From NCBI GenBank assembly GCA_047618705.1, contig JBLHJD010000001.1:1-60538 (forward strand): 60,538 bases of DNA, in the 5' to 3' direction. The position numbers and the translations under genes are program-made. Every line of letters begins with the position of its first letter. Positions within the stretch are counted from its first letter, which is position 1. Shown one piece after another: positions 12,079 to 20,217 of this stretch. The DNA is from Luteibaculaceae bacterium (GTDB lineage: Bacteria; Bacteroidota; Bacteroidia; Flavobacteriales_D; Luteibaculaceae). Under the pieces are notes generated by a model. That model searched no databases, had not been told where the DNA came from, and saw only the letters and a list, made by a program, of their open reading frames with translations.

Positions 12079-12597
12079 TTAACGCTCAGAAAGCGTTTTT
12101 ACAAGTCCTGAAATTGTGTTTCCACCACTTTGAAGTGCAGACAATACATTCTTCGCAGGAGATTGAAGAAGACTAATAACGTCTCCAATTAATTCTTCCT
12201 TCGATTTGATTGCAGTCAAGACACTCAATTGGTCGTCACCCACAAAACAAGCCTCATCTACATAGGCCGCTTTTAGAACAGGCTTAGGAAACTTCCTACG
12301 AAGTTTCTCAATTAGACGAGCTGGTACATTACCAACCTCTGCAAACATAATTGCAGTAGGTCCAGCGAATACACCAGACAATTCATCATAATTGCGCCCC
12401 TCTACTTTGTTAAAGGCCTTTTGCAGTAATGTGTTCTTTACAACTTGTATTTCTACAGATGAATTATAACACTCTCTTCTCAATGTGCTAGTCGCTTCTG
12501 CGTTCAAGCCTAAAGTATCTGCTAAATAGAAGATATTAGAATCTTGAAGCTTAGCCGCTAGATCATCAATAAATTGATTTTTTTCTGCTTTGGTCAT
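12079..12597 (-). CDS. rplJ: 50S ribosomal protein L10
   Basis: 172 aa, MTKAEKNQFIDDLAAKLQDSNIFYLADTLGLNAE..., in the conserved position between rplA and rplL. Confidence 0.95.
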   Translation of the reverse strand: MTKAEKNQFIDDLAAKLQDSNIFYLADTLGLNAEATSTLRRECYNSSVEIQVVKNTLLQKAFNKVEGRNYDELSGVFAGPTAIMFAEVGNVPARLIEKLRRKFPKPVLKAAYVDEACFVGDDQLSVLTAIKSKEELIGDVISLLQSPAKNVLSALQSGGNTISGLVKTLSER

Positions 12598-12622
12598 CCA
12601 ACAGGGATTTTAAAATCTGTAA

Positions 12623-13312
12623 TTAAACAGATTTTGGTTCAATTAGTACTCCCGGACTCATGGTACTGGAAATCGCAATTCCCTTAAGGTAAGTACCTTT
12701 TGATGCCGTTGGCTTCATTTTAATTAAGGTGGTCATCAATTCACTCGCGTTCTCAGTAATCATTTCTTGCGTAAATGATACTTTCCCGATAGCTGCATGC
12801 ACGGTTCCTTGTTTGTCAACACGGAAGTCGATTTTACCCGCCTTAACCTCAGTTACTGCCTTAGCAACATCCATGGTCACGGTTCCTGTTTTAGGGTTTG
12901 GCATCAATCCACGTGGTCCGAGGATACGACCCAAAGCTCCTACTTTAGCCATTACGTTGGGTGTACAAATGATCACGTCAACGTCGGTCCAACCGCCTTT
13001 GATTTTGTCTACGAACTCATCAAGTCCTGCAAAATCGGCTCCCGCCGCTTTAGCCTCTTCTTCTTTGTCAGGAGTACACATAACAAGAACTTTTACGTCC
13101 TTACCTGTACCATGTGGAAGGGATACTGTTCCACGAACCATTTGGTTCGCTTTACGAGGATCCACACCCAAACGAATTGCAAGATCTACAGAAGCATCAA
13201 ATTTGCTTGTTGTAATCTCTTTAACAATTCCTGCCGCGTCAGAAAGGCTATACAGCTTAGTACGGTCGTACTTAGCTAAGACTTCTTTCCTATTTTTGGT
13301 AAGTTTACCCAT
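12623..13312 (-). CDS. rplA: 50S ribosomal protein L1
   Basis: 229 aa, containing ...[35 protein letters not shown]... Confidence 0.97.
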   Translation of the reverse strand: MGKLTKNRKEVLAKYDRTKLYSLSDAAGIVKEITTSKFDASVDLAIRLGVDPRKANQMVRGTVSLPHGTGKDVKVLVMCTPDKEEEAKAAGADFAGLDEFVDKIKGGWTDVDVIICTPNVMAKVGALGRILGPRGLMPNPKTGTVTMDVAKAVTEVKAGKIDFRVDKQGTVHAAIGKVSFTQEMITENASELMTTLIKMKPTASKGTYLKGIAISSTMSPGVLIEPKSV

Positions 13313-13324
13313 TTGTACTATTTT

Positions 13325-13765
13325 TTATAAGGCCGGTTTATCACCTTTTACAGTGATTCCCATACTACGAGCTGTACCTGCTATCATACTTAATGCCGAG
13401 TCCATTGAGTAGCAGTTCAAATCAGCCATTTTATCGTCAGCGATTGCTTTCACCTGTTCCCAAGTTACCGAAGCAACTTTCAACCGGTTAGACTCTGCTG
13501 AACCTGACTTAATTTTTGCTGCATCTAGCAATTGTACTGCGGCAGGAGGTGTTTTGATAACAAATTCAAAGGATTTATCACCGTAAACAGTAATCACTAC
13601 TGGTAAAACCTTTCCAGGTTTATCCTGTGTCCGTGAGTTAAACTGCTTACAGAACTCCATTATATTCACCCCTTTTGCACCCAATGCAGGTCCAACCGGA
13701 GGTGAAGGATTGGCAGCTCCACCTTTAACTTGCAGCTTAATAAGGCCTATTACTTCTTTTGCCAT
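13325..13765 (-). CDS. rplK: 50S ribosomal protein L11
   Basis: 146 aa, [43 protein letters not shown]... Confidence 0.97.
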   Translation of the reverse strand: MAKEVIGLIKLQVKGGAANPSPPVGPALGAKGVNIMEFCKQFNSRTQDKPGKVLPVVITVYGDKSFEFVIKTPPAAVQLLDAAKIKSGSAESNRLKVASVTWEQVKAIADDKMADLNCYSMDSALSMIAGTARSMGITVKGDKPAL

Positions 13766-13823
13766 TGTTTGTTTATTGTGTCGTTAACACTTCTTAGGGA
13801 AGCTTTCAATCTAAGGTTATTAA

Positions 13824-14375
13824 CTAGCTGATTTTCTCTACTTGCATATAACCCAATTCCAACGGTGTTTTTCTTCCAAAAATTTTCACCATTACCTTGA
13901 GTTTCTTCTTTTCCTCGTTGATTTCCTCAATAACCCCAGAGAAATTGTTGAATGGTCCATCAATTACTTTGATGTCTTCGCCAACAACGTAAGGTATTGC
14001 AAATTCTTCTTCCATTTCTGAAAGCTCATCCACTTTACCTAATATCCGGTTCACTTCAGATTGCCTCAAAGGTACTGGGTCTCCCCCCTTTTCGGCTCCA
14101 AGGAATCCTATTACATTCTGAACAGCCCGAATAACGTGAGGTATTTCTCCAATAAGGTTGGCTTCAATAAGCACATATCCTGGGAAAAAGTTCCGCTCTT
14201 TGCTCACTTTTTTTCCATTCCGTACCGAATACACCTTTTCAACCGGGATCAGAACTTGCGAGACATGGTCTTCCATTCCCATCCGCTCCATCTCTAAATC
14301 GATGTAGTCTTTAACCTTTTTTTCCTTACCACTTACCGCACGTACAACGTACCACTTCTTTTCAATTTCAGCCAT
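13824..14375 (-). CDS. nusG: Transcription termination/antitermination factor NusG
   Basis: 183 aa. The NGN domain reads KKWYVVRAVSGKEKKV and the KOW motif GEDIKVIDGPFNNFSGVIEEI. It sits in the canonical secE-nusG-rplK order. Confidence 0.95.
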   Translation of the reverse strand: MAEIEKKWYVVRAVSGKEKKVKDYIDLEMERMGMEDHVSQVLIPVEKVYSVRNGKKVSKERNFFPGYVLIEANLIGEIPHVIRAVQNVIGFLGAEKGGDPVPLRQSEVNRILGKVDELSEMEEEFAIPYVVGEDIKVIDGPFNNFSGVIEEINEEKKKLKVMVKIFGRKTPLELGYMQVEKIS

Positions 14376-14390
14376 ATCCAGGGTTGGAAT

Positions 14391-14618
14391 TTAAAGGTCT
14401 CCGAGTATCTCGTAAATAAATCCTAATATTCCTTGCCAAACAGAGTCGTTTCCGTTAACTCCGAAAACATAGTCCATAAGGAATACCAAAAAAGCAATAA
14501 TAGCACTTGCAAGAAGTACTAGGATTGAGCTACTTTGTAATTCCTTCCAAGTTGGCCAAGTAACCTTTTCGGTCATCTCCACCACCGTTTCTTGAAAAAA
14601 CGCTTTGATATTCGCCAA
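14391..14618 (-). CDS. secE: Preprotein translocase subunit SecE (probable TTG start)
   Basis: The first 29 codons of the track ORF (14391..14705) run across tRNA-Trp, so they cannot be coding. An in-frame TTG at 14618 gives (M)ANIKAFFQETVVEMTEKVTWPTWKELQSS... followed by one TM helix, which matches the usual Bacteroidota SecE N-terminus. The alternative ATG at 14576 would give 61 aa. Confidence 0.8.
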   Translation of the reverse strand: MANIKAFFQETVVEMTEKVTWPTWKELQSSSILVLLASAIIAFLVFLMDYVFGVNGNDSVWQGILGFIYEILGDL

Positions 14619-14638
14619 TTTCTTAAGTTTTATATAAG

Positions 14639-14711
14639 CACAGGCGGCAGGACTCGAACCTGCAACCCTCGGTTTTGGAGACCGATGCTCTGCCAATTGA
14701 GCCACGCCTGT
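14639..14711 (-). tRNA. tRNA-Trp (anticodon CCA)
   Basis: The reverse complement folds as a cloverleaf: ACAGGCG TG GCTC AATTGGCA GAGC A TCGGT CTCCAAA ACCGA GGGTT GCAGG TTCGAGT CCTGC CGCCTGT G. Length is 73 nt. Confidence 0.93.
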
Positions 14712-14713
14712 TT

Positions 14714-14742
14714 AAAAAGGCAGGAGTTTCCTCCTGCCTTCA
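14714..14742 (-). terminator. Hairpin + T-run between tuf and tRNA-Trp
   Basis: The stem is ggcaggag (14719-14726), loop tttc, then ctcctgcc (14731-14738). On the minus strand TTTTT follows, directly abutting the tRNA-Trp 5' end. It is a terminator or a processing hairpin. Confidence 0.55.
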
Positions 14743-14780
14743 AAATTATTATCTTCAACTCCCGAGGGAGAAGCCTAGAA

Positions 14781-15962
14781 TTAATCTAAGATTTCAGTCA
14801 CCTGACCAGCACCTACAGTACGACCACCCTCACGGATAGCGAAACGTAGACCTGTGTCCATTGCAACACCAGTAATCAACTGAACATCAATTGTTACGTT
14901 GTCTCCTGGCATTACCATTTCACGACCAGCTTCCAAAGTAATCTCACCTGTTACATCTAGTGTACGTAGGTAAAACTGTGGACGGTACTTGTTGTGGAAT
15001 GGTGTGTGACGACCACCTTCTTCTTTCTTAAGGATATAAACCTCAGCTTTGAAGTGTGTGTGAGGAGTAATTGATCCAGGAGCCGCGATAACCATACCAC
15101 GTTTGATCGATTCTTTATCAATACCACGTAGCAAAAGACCTACGTTCTCACCAGCTTCACCTCTATCAAGAAGTTTACGGAACATCTCAACTCCAGTTAC
15201 AGTAGACTGCATCTTTTCTTCTTGAAGACCAATGATGTCAACTGTCTCTCCAACATTAACAACTCCAGTTTCAATCTTTCCAGTTGCAACAGTTCCACGA
15301 CCAGTAATAGAGAATACATCCTCTACAGAAAGTAGGAATGGCTTATCCATATCACGCTCAGGTGTAACGATGTGCTCATCAACAGCAGCCATAAGCTTGT
15401 TAACTGACTCTACCCATTCCGGCTCACCGTTCAAAGCTCCAAGAGCAGATCCACGGATAATTGGAGTGTCTATATACTCATAAGACTCTAGCAATTCAGC
15501 CAATTCCATTTCAACCAATTCCAAAAGCTCTTCATCATCAACTGAATCACATTTGTTCAAGAAAACTACCAAATAAGGAACGTTTACCTGACGCGCTAGC
15601 AAGATGTGCTCACGAGTTTGAGGCATTGGTCCGTCAGTAGCGGCACAAACCAAAATTGATCCGTCCATCTGAGCAGCACCTGTTACCATGTTCTTTACGT
15701 AATCCGCGTGACCTGGACAGTCAACGTGGGCGTAGTGACGAGCAAGAGTTTCATACTCAATGTGCGAGGTATTAATCGTAATTCCACGCTCTTTTTCCTC
15801 AGGAGCATTATCGATAGAATCGAAATCACGCTTCTCAGCAAGACCCTGATCCGAAAGTACTTTCGCGATTGCAGCAGTCAATGTTGTTTTACCGTGATCC
15901 ACGTGACCGATCGTTCCAATGTTCACGTGTGGCTTTTTCCGTTCAAAAGTTTCTTTAGCCAT
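14781..15962 (-). CDS. tuf: Elongation factor Tu
   Basis: 393 aa, with the GTPase motifs [18 protein letters not shown] and NKCD. Confidence 0.98.
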   Translation of the reverse strand: MAKETFERKKPHVNIGTIGHVDHGKTTLTAAIAKVLSDQGLAEKRDFDSIDNAPEEKERGITINTSHIEYETLARHYAHVDCPGHADYVKNMVTGAAQMDGSILVCAATDGPMPQTREHILLARQVNVPYLVVFLNKCDSVDDEELLELVEMELAELLESYEYIDTPIIRGSALGALNGEPEWVESVNKLMAAVDEHIVTPERDMDKPFLLSVEDVFSITGRGTVATGKIETGVVNVGETVDIIGLQEEKMQSTVTGVEMFRKLLDRGEAGENVGLLLRGIDKESIKRGMVIAAPGSITPHTHFKAEVYILKKEEGGRHTPFHNKYRPQFYLRTLDVTGEITLEAGREMVMPGDNVTIDVQLITGVAMDTGLRFAIREGGRTVGAGQVTEILD

Positions 15963-16023
15963 AGCTTGGTGTTGTTTCTATTTGTTGTTGTGATTTTCTA
16001 CGTTTATATCGCCAATAAAATCG

Positions 16024-16095
16024 AGCCAATGAGGGGAATTGAACCCCTGACCTCTTCCTTACCAAGGAAGCGCTCTACCCCTGAGCTACATCGGC
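16024..16095 (-). tRNA. tRNA-Thr (anticodon GGT)
   Basis: Reverse complement: GCCGATG TA GCTC AGGGGTA GAGC G CTTCC TTGGTAA GGAAG AGGTC AGGGG TTCAATT CCCCT CATTGGC T. Length is 72 nt. Confidence 0.92.
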
Positions 16096-16113
16096 TTATC
16101 ATTAATAAAATAG

Positions 16114-16186
16114 AGCGGGAGACGAGGTTCGAACTCGCGACATTCAGCTTGGAAGGCTGACGCTCTACCAGCTGAGCTACTCCCGC
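16114..16186 (-). tRNA. tRNA-Gly (anticodon TCC)
   Basis: Reverse complement: GCGGGAG TA GCTC AGCTGGTA GAGC G TCAGC CTTCCAA GCTGA ATGTC GCGAG TTCGAAC CTCGT CTCCCGC T. Length is 73 nt. Confidence 0.92.
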
Positions 16187-16356
16187 AATAATATTAATTA
16201 GCCTTTCAAAGGTTGATTTTACTTGCTCCCAGACCCTCCGTTGAAGGTTACAAAACTGGATATCAATTGCTTGAAATCACAATTTGGGGCTGCAAATATC
16301 GTAAAGATTTTCTATTATCCAACGAAGGAATCAAAAAAATCTTTTACAACCAATTG

Positions 16357-16439
16357 TGGGGGGAGCAGGATTCGAACCTGCGAAGGTGTACACCAGCAGA
16401 TTTACAGTCTGCCCTCGTTGGCCGCTTGAGTATCCCCCC
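16357..16439 (-). tRNA. tRNA-Tyr (anticodon GTA), long variable arm
   Basis: Reverse complement: GGGGGGA TA CTCAAGCGGCCAACGAG G GCAGA CTGTAAA TCTGC TGGTGTACACCTTC GCAGG TTCGAAT CCTGC TCCCCCC A. Length is 83 nt. Confidence 0.9.
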
Positions 16440-16518
16440 CTTGCCATTTCGCTACTTTCCAGATTACTCTTTCCGGTGTTGAATGTATTTTACTTTGTCC
16501 ACTTTTTACGTTTGCTCA

Positions 16519-16770
16519 GAGCCGATGGAGGGACTCCCTTCGGCTTCTCTCCCTTCCACTCAGGGTAAACTTCTCGTCCCCTTTGCTTTCCTGCAAAAAA
16601 AAGAGCCGATGGAGGGACTCCCTTCGGTTCCTCTCCGTTCCACTCAGGGTAAACTTCTCGTCCCCTTTGCTTTCCTGCAAAAAAAAGAGCCGATGGAGGG
16701 ACTCCCTTCGGTTCCTCTCCGTTCCACTCAGGGTAAACTTCTCGTCCCCTTTGCTTTCCTGCAAAAAAAA
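16519..16770. repeat. Tandem direct repeat, 3 x 84 bp, each unit beginning with an 18-nt copy of the 3' end of the adjacent tRNA-Thr(TGT)
   Basis: The units are 16519-16602, 16603-16686 and 16687-16770. Units 2 and 3 are identical, and unit 1 differs from them by 3 substitutions. Every unit starts gagccgatggagggactc, the same sequence as tRNA-Thr 16771-16788, and ends in aaaaaaaa. The tRNA itself starts a fourth, partial unit. Confidence 0.95.
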
Positions 16771-16771
16771 G

Positions 16772-16845
16772 AGCCGATGGAGGGACTCGAACCCACGACC
16801 TGCTGATTACAAATCAGCTGCTCTAGCCAACTGAGCTACATCGGC
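16772..16845 (-). tRNA. tRNA-Thr (anticodon TGT)
   Basis: Reverse complement: GCCGATG TA GCTC AGTTGGCTA GAGC A GCTGA TTTGTAA TCAGC AGGTC GTGGG TTCGAGT CCCTC CATCGGC T. Length is 74 nt. There is one U-U mismatch in the T stem. Confidence 0.9.
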
Positions 16846-16865
16846 GAAATGTCAATTTCGGTGCG

Positions 16866-16899
16866 CAAAATTAATGTTTTTTCCATGCCGTCAAAATAT
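16866..16899 (-). promoter_or_regulatory. Candidate Bacteroidota-type promoter of the tRNA-tuf operon (-7 TAATTTTG, upstream TTG)
   Basis: On the minus strand TAATTTTG (16873->16866) matches the TAnnTTTG -7 consensus and lies 20 nt upstream of the mature tRNA-Thr 5' end. A TTG sits at 16899->16897, a 23-nt spacer that is somewhat longer than usual. Confidence 0.4.
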
Positions 16900-16944
16900 T
16901 TATGCTCTTTTTTAATTTTAAGAGCCGCAGCCACATCCAGACAC

Positions 16945-16979
16945 AAAAAAAAGGGCGGGAAAAACTCCCGCCCTTTTTC
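16945..16979 (-). terminator. Rho-independent terminator after hpf
   Basis: The stem is gggcggga (16953-16960) with tcccgccc (16967-16974). On the minus strand a T8 run follows. Confidence 0.8.
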
Positions 16980-16996
16980 ACAACTATACAGGTGTT

Positions 16997-17293
16997 CTAA
17001 CCTCTAACCTTATCTTTATATTTTGCAATTTGCTTTTTCACCGCATCCACCGCTAAATCCGTAGCCTCTTCAAAAGACTTACACTGCTTCTTAGCAAACA
17101 ACTCCTTACCCGGAATGTTTATTTTTACCTCAGCTATCTTATTATCATTTGTATCCGACTTATCCAACCTCAAAAAAACCTCGCCGTTTACAATCTTGTC
17201 GTGAATCAAATCTAATTTACTCACCTTCTCGTTAACAAATTCAAGCAAACTCCCGTCTGCATCGAAATGAATTGAATGCACTTTAATGTCCAT
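16997..17293 (-). CDS. hpf: Ribosome hibernation promoting factor / RaiA family (short form)
   Basis: 98 aa, MDIKVHSIHFDADGSLLEFVNEKVSKLDLIHDKIVNGEVFLRLDK...AEVKINIPGKELFAKKQCKSFEEATDLAVDAVKKQIAKYK. Confidence 0.85.
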   Translation of the reverse strand: MDIKVHSIHFDADGSLLEFVNEKVSKLDLIHDKIVNGEVFLRLDKSDTNDNKIAEVKINIPGKELFAKKQCKSFEEATDLAVDAVKKQIAKYKDKVRG

Positions 17294-17303
17294 AATATAT
17301 CTC

Positions 17304-18200
17304 CTATTTTAATTTTCCGCCTTTCCCTCTGGGATGGAACGACGCGTGAATATTTTTTATTTTCTCCACCGAAGTATGCGTGTATACCTGGGTGGCATTT
17401 AGCGAGGAATGACCCAGAAGCTTTTGAATACTACTAATGTCAGCTCCATTCTCCATTAAATGCGTTGCGTAACTATGCCTTAACACATGTGGACTTCTTT
17501 TCTTCAAGGACGTCGCCTTACCAAGGTACTTATTTACTTCTCGATAAACAAACTTTGGATAGAGTTTCTCACCCTGTTGTGTAGTAAAAACCCAAGACCC
17601 TTTTTCCCCTTTGGTTTCCAGCTGAATCTTCCAAAACTCCTTCAATCGTCGTCCTAATTCTTCCACAATCACCACCTCTCGTTGTTTGTTCCCCTTTCCT
17701 CGCACTCGCATCACTTGGAAACCTCGAATATCCGACCATTTCAAATCGATTAACTCCGCCCTCCGAATACCAGTACCGTACAGCAAAAACACCATTAAAC
17801 TCCCTTGATATCCTTCTGCACTCCAATCCAATGAAGCAAGCAAAGAAGCCACCTGAGACGCTGGCACAAACTGCGGTAATTCTGGATTCAATTTAGGAGC
17901 TTTAATTCCCTTGACCGGATTTTCTCGACGGATACCATGCAAAATTTGATACCCATACCAACTCGACAGAGCACTTAACTTACGCTGTATAGATCGCGGA
18001 CTCCGACCCAACTCCATCAGCTGAATTAGCCAGAGCCGAACCAAGGAACGATCCGTCTCCTCCTCACTTCCTTCCATCTCCTTTAGGAACTGTGAAAATT
18101 GATCCAGATCGGTTTGATACGAGCGCAGTGTGTGTTCCGACAACCTGCGCTCATTCCCCAAATACCCCAAAAATGCACGTACCGACTCCCTGTTATCCAT
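17304..18200 (-). CDS. Tyrosine recombinase, XerC/XerD-like
   Basis: 298 aa. The N-terminal SAM-like domain reads FLGYLGNERRLSEHTLRSYQTDLDQF. The catalytic region contains GTGIRRAEL...HVLRHSYATHLMENGADISSIQKLLGHSSLNATQVYTH, the R-H-R-Y signature. Confidence 0.85.
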   Translation of the reverse strand: MDNRESVRAFLGYLGNERRLSEHTLRSYQTDLDQFSQFLKEMEGSEEETDRSLVRLWLIQLMELGRSPRSIQRKLSALSSWYGYQILHGIRRENPVKGIKAPKLNPELPQFVPASQVASLLASLDWSAEGYQGSLMVFLLYGTGIRRAELIDLKWSDIRGFQVMRVRGKGNKQREVVIVEELGRRLKEFWKIQLETKGEKGSWVFTTQQGEKLYPKFVYREVNKYLGKATSLKKRSPHVLRHSYATHLMENGADISSIQKLLGHSSLNATQVYTHTSVEKIKNIHASFHPRGKGGKLK

Positions 18201-18220
18201 TCAAAAAAAAAGATACAAAT

Positions 18221-18252
18221 AAAAAAACCCCCTTAACAACGTTAAGAGGGTT
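18221..18252 (-). terminator. Terminator after rpsU
   Basis: The hairpin is ccttaac (18231-18237) with gttaag.gg (18241-18250), with one bulged A. On the minus strand a T7 run follows. Confidence 0.55.
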
Positions 18253-18282
18253 TTATTAATTTCTAACAACGACCAAAGAACT

Positions 18283-18474
18283 TTATAGTTCTTCGTTATT
18301 CATTCTGCCAATGTAAGCGGCCTTGGCCAATTTCTCACGGTTGACAATTGAAGGTTTCGTAAACTGCTGGCGAGCCCGCAATTGTCTCATCGTACCAGTT
18401 CTATCGAATTTCTTCTTGAACTTCTTTAAAGCGCGGTCAATGTTCTCTCCTTCCTTAATGGGAATAATAAGCAT
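18283..18474 (-). CDS. rpsU: 30S ribosomal protein S21
   Basis: I trimmed the track ORF (18283..18516) to M15. MLIIPIKEGENIDRALKKFKKKFDRTGTMRQLRARQQFTKPS... is the canonical bS21 N-terminus and gives 63 aa. Confidence 0.9.
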   Translation of the reverse strand: MLIIPIKEGENIDRALKKFKKKFDRTGTMRQLRARQQFTKPSIVNREKLAKAAYIGRMNNEEL

Positions 18475-18523
18475 ATACTTTATACCTCCTTTCGTTTGGT
18501 TTTTTTTCGAGTGCAAATGTACA

Positions 18524-19666
18524 CTAATCTTGTAATATCTGACGAGAAATAACCAACTTTTGTATTTCAGAGGTCCCTTCTCCTATTGTACAAAGCTTGG
18601 CATCCCGGTAAAATTTCTCTGCTGGAAATTCTTTGGTATATCCATACCCACCAAAAATCTGAACACTTTCATTTCCACAACGTACGGCAACTTCTGAAGC
18701 ATAATACTTCGCAAAAGCACCTTCTTTTGTCATTTTCTCTCCTCTGTTCTTCTTATCCGCAGCCTGAAACGTCAACAATTCAGCCGCATCAATCTCTGTA
18801 GCCATATCGGCTAGCTTAAATGCAATCCCTTGGAAATTACAAATGGGTTGACCAAATTGCTCCCGTTCTTTGGAATATTTTAAAGCACACTCGTATGCTC
18901 CTTTTGCAATTCCTACAGACAATGCCGCAATAGAAATACGTCCACCATCCAATACTTTTAAGGCCTGTACAAAACCATCCCCAACTTTTCCCAACACATT
19001 ACCTTCAGGTATGCGGCAATCTTGAAAAATCAACTCAGCAGTTTCGCTAGCTCTCATCCCCAATTTATCTTCTTTTTTACCTGAGTTAAATCCAGGCGTT
19101 CCTTTTTCAATAACAAAGGCCGTCATTCCGTGATTATCTCCTTTTTCTCCTGTACGAGCAATAATTACCGCTACGTCCCCAGAAATAGCATGGGTAATAA
19201 AATTCTTCGAACCATTCAACACAAAGTGATCACCATCCTTCACGGCCGTAGTTGCCATTCCACCTGCATCAGACCCGGTGTTGGTTTCTGTTAATCCCCA
19301 GGCACCAATAAATTCACCCGTGGCCAACTTGGGTAAGTATTTCTTTTTTTGCTCGTCGTTTCCGAATGCCAAAATATGACCCGTACACAATGAATTGTGC
19401 GCAGCCATAGACAAACCAATAGATCCACAAACCTTAGATAATTCAACAATGGCAGTTACATACTCCATGTACCCTAATCCGGATCCTCCGAATTCTTCGG
19501 GAACCAAAACGCCCATCAAACCTAGTTCTCCTAATTTTTTAAAAACGGATACAGGAAACTCCTGACTTTCGTCCCATTTCATAATGTTTGGGCGAATTTC
19601 TTTTTCTGCAAAATCGCGCACCATTTGGGCGATCATCTCTTGACTTTCTGATATTGAAAAATCCAT
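18524..19666 (-). CDS. Acyl-CoA dehydrogenase (short/branched-chain type)
   Basis: 380 aa, with GLTETNTGSDAGGM and QIFGGYGYTKEFPAEKFYRDAKLCTIGEGTSEIQKLVISR. Confidence 0.9.
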   Translation of the reverse strand: MDFSISESQEMIAQMVRDFAEKEIRPNIMKWDESQEFPVSVFKKLGELGLMGVLVPEEFGGSGLGYMEYVTAIVELSKVCGSIGLSMAAHNSLCTGHILAFGNDEQKKKYLPKLATGEFIGAWGLTETNTGSDAGGMATTAVKDGDHFVLNGSKNFITHAISGDVAVIIARTGEKGDNHGMTAFVIEKGTPGFNSGKKEDKLGMRASETAELIFQDCRIPEGNVLGKVGDGFVQALKVLDGGRISIAALSVGIAKGAYECALKYSKEREQFGQPICNFQGIAFKLADMATEIDAAELLTFQAADKKNRGEKMTKEGAFAKYYASEVAVRCGNESVQIFGGYGYTKEFPAEKFYRDAKLCTIGEGTSEIQKLVISRQILQD

Positions 19667-19680
19667 CGTGTGTGTATATA

Positions 19681-20211
19681 TTAATAGTGTACCAGGCTAT
19701 CTACCTGGTATCCTTGATTTTTGAGTAATTCTTCCCCCGGTAAAAACTGAAGGTTAACAATAAATGAAAATCCGGCACATTCCGCACCGGCTTGTTCCAA
19801 TAAGTTTAACGTGGCATTGGCCGTTCCTCCTGTTGCCAACAAATCGTCGTGAACCAACACTTTCTGACCCGCCTCAAGCGCATCCCGATGCATTTCTATG
19901 ACCGCTTCACCATATTCCAGCTCATAGGCAGAGTGGTAGGTTTTTGCAGGCAATTTACCCGCCTTACGGATCAAAACAAAAGGAACCCCCAGAATAGTGG
20001 CAATCAAGGGACCCAACAAAAAACCTCGACTTTCAATTCCGGCCACGGCATCTATTTGCACATCCCTAAAGTTACGCACAACAGCCTTGGCCATATCATC
20101 AACAAGCCCTGGATTTTTAAACAAAGGGGTGATGTCCTTAAACTGGATTCCCGGTTTTGGAAAATCGGGGATATTTCGAATGTGTTTTGCTATTTGCTCT
20201 TTAAGCTCCAT
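19681..20211 (-). CDS. apt: Adenine phosphoribosyltransferase
   Basis: 176 aa, with IRNIPDFPKPGIQFKDITPLF and the PRPP-binding motif VLVHDDLLATGGTA. Confidence 0.93.
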   Translation of the reverse strand: MELKEQIAKHIRNIPDFPKPGIQFKDITPLFKNPGLVDDMAKAVVRNFRDVQIDAVAGIESRGFLLGPLIATILGVPFVLIRKAGKLPAKTYHSAYELEYGEAVIEMHRDALEAGQKVLVHDDLLATGGTANATLNLLEQAGAECAGFSFIVNLQFLPGEELLKNQGYQVDSLVHY

Positions 20212-20217
20212 TGTTTC

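Noticed and set aside
12729-13412. 227-aa and 160-aa plus-strand ORFs overlapping rplA and rplK
   Set aside because: They are antisense to ribosomal protein genes. Long open antisense frames are expected at this codon usage, and no motifs are present.
14619-14705. The 5' part of the 104-aa 'secE' ORF, and ORF 14592-14789 on the plus strand
   Set aside because: Both run through the tRNA-Trp gene (14639-14711), so they cannot be coding. I trimmed secE to the TTG at 14618.
15708-16568. Plus-strand ORFs at 15708-16160, 16213-16482, 16223-16429 and 16356-16568
   Set aside because: They overlap tuf in antisense and the tRNA-Thr, tRNA-Gly and tRNA-Tyr genes. They are artefacts of the tRNA cluster.
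16519-16770. Possibility that the regular repeats are a CRISPR array
   Set aside because: The units are contiguous, with no unique spacers. The 84-bp period is too long, the units contain tRNA-derived sequence, and there are no cas genes in the window.
16483-16834. ORFs spanning the 84-bp repeats: 107 aa and 83 aa on the plus strand, and 82 aa on the minus strand (MQESKGDEKFTLSGTERNRRESLHRLFFLQ... repeated)
   Set aside because: The 84-bp period equals 28 codons, so any frame open in one unit stays open across the array. The plus-strand ORFs also run into the tRNA-Thr gene. The ATG of the minus-strand (tRNA-sense) ORF lies inside a repeat with no evident translation signals. I treat it as non-coding. 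A Tpr-like repeat peptide cannot be strictly excluded without ribosome profiling.
17304-18200. Recombinase as a marker of a prophage or integrative element
   Set aside because: There are no phage, conjugation or transposase genes on either side. The flanks are rpsU and hpf with their own terminators. I kept only a low-interest note about the nearby tRNA-end repeats.
18475-18516. A 14-aa N-terminal extension of rpsU (MHSKKNQTKGGIKY)
   Set aside because: The conserved bS21 sequence starts at MLIIPIKEGE, and the extension has no counterpart in S21 proteins.
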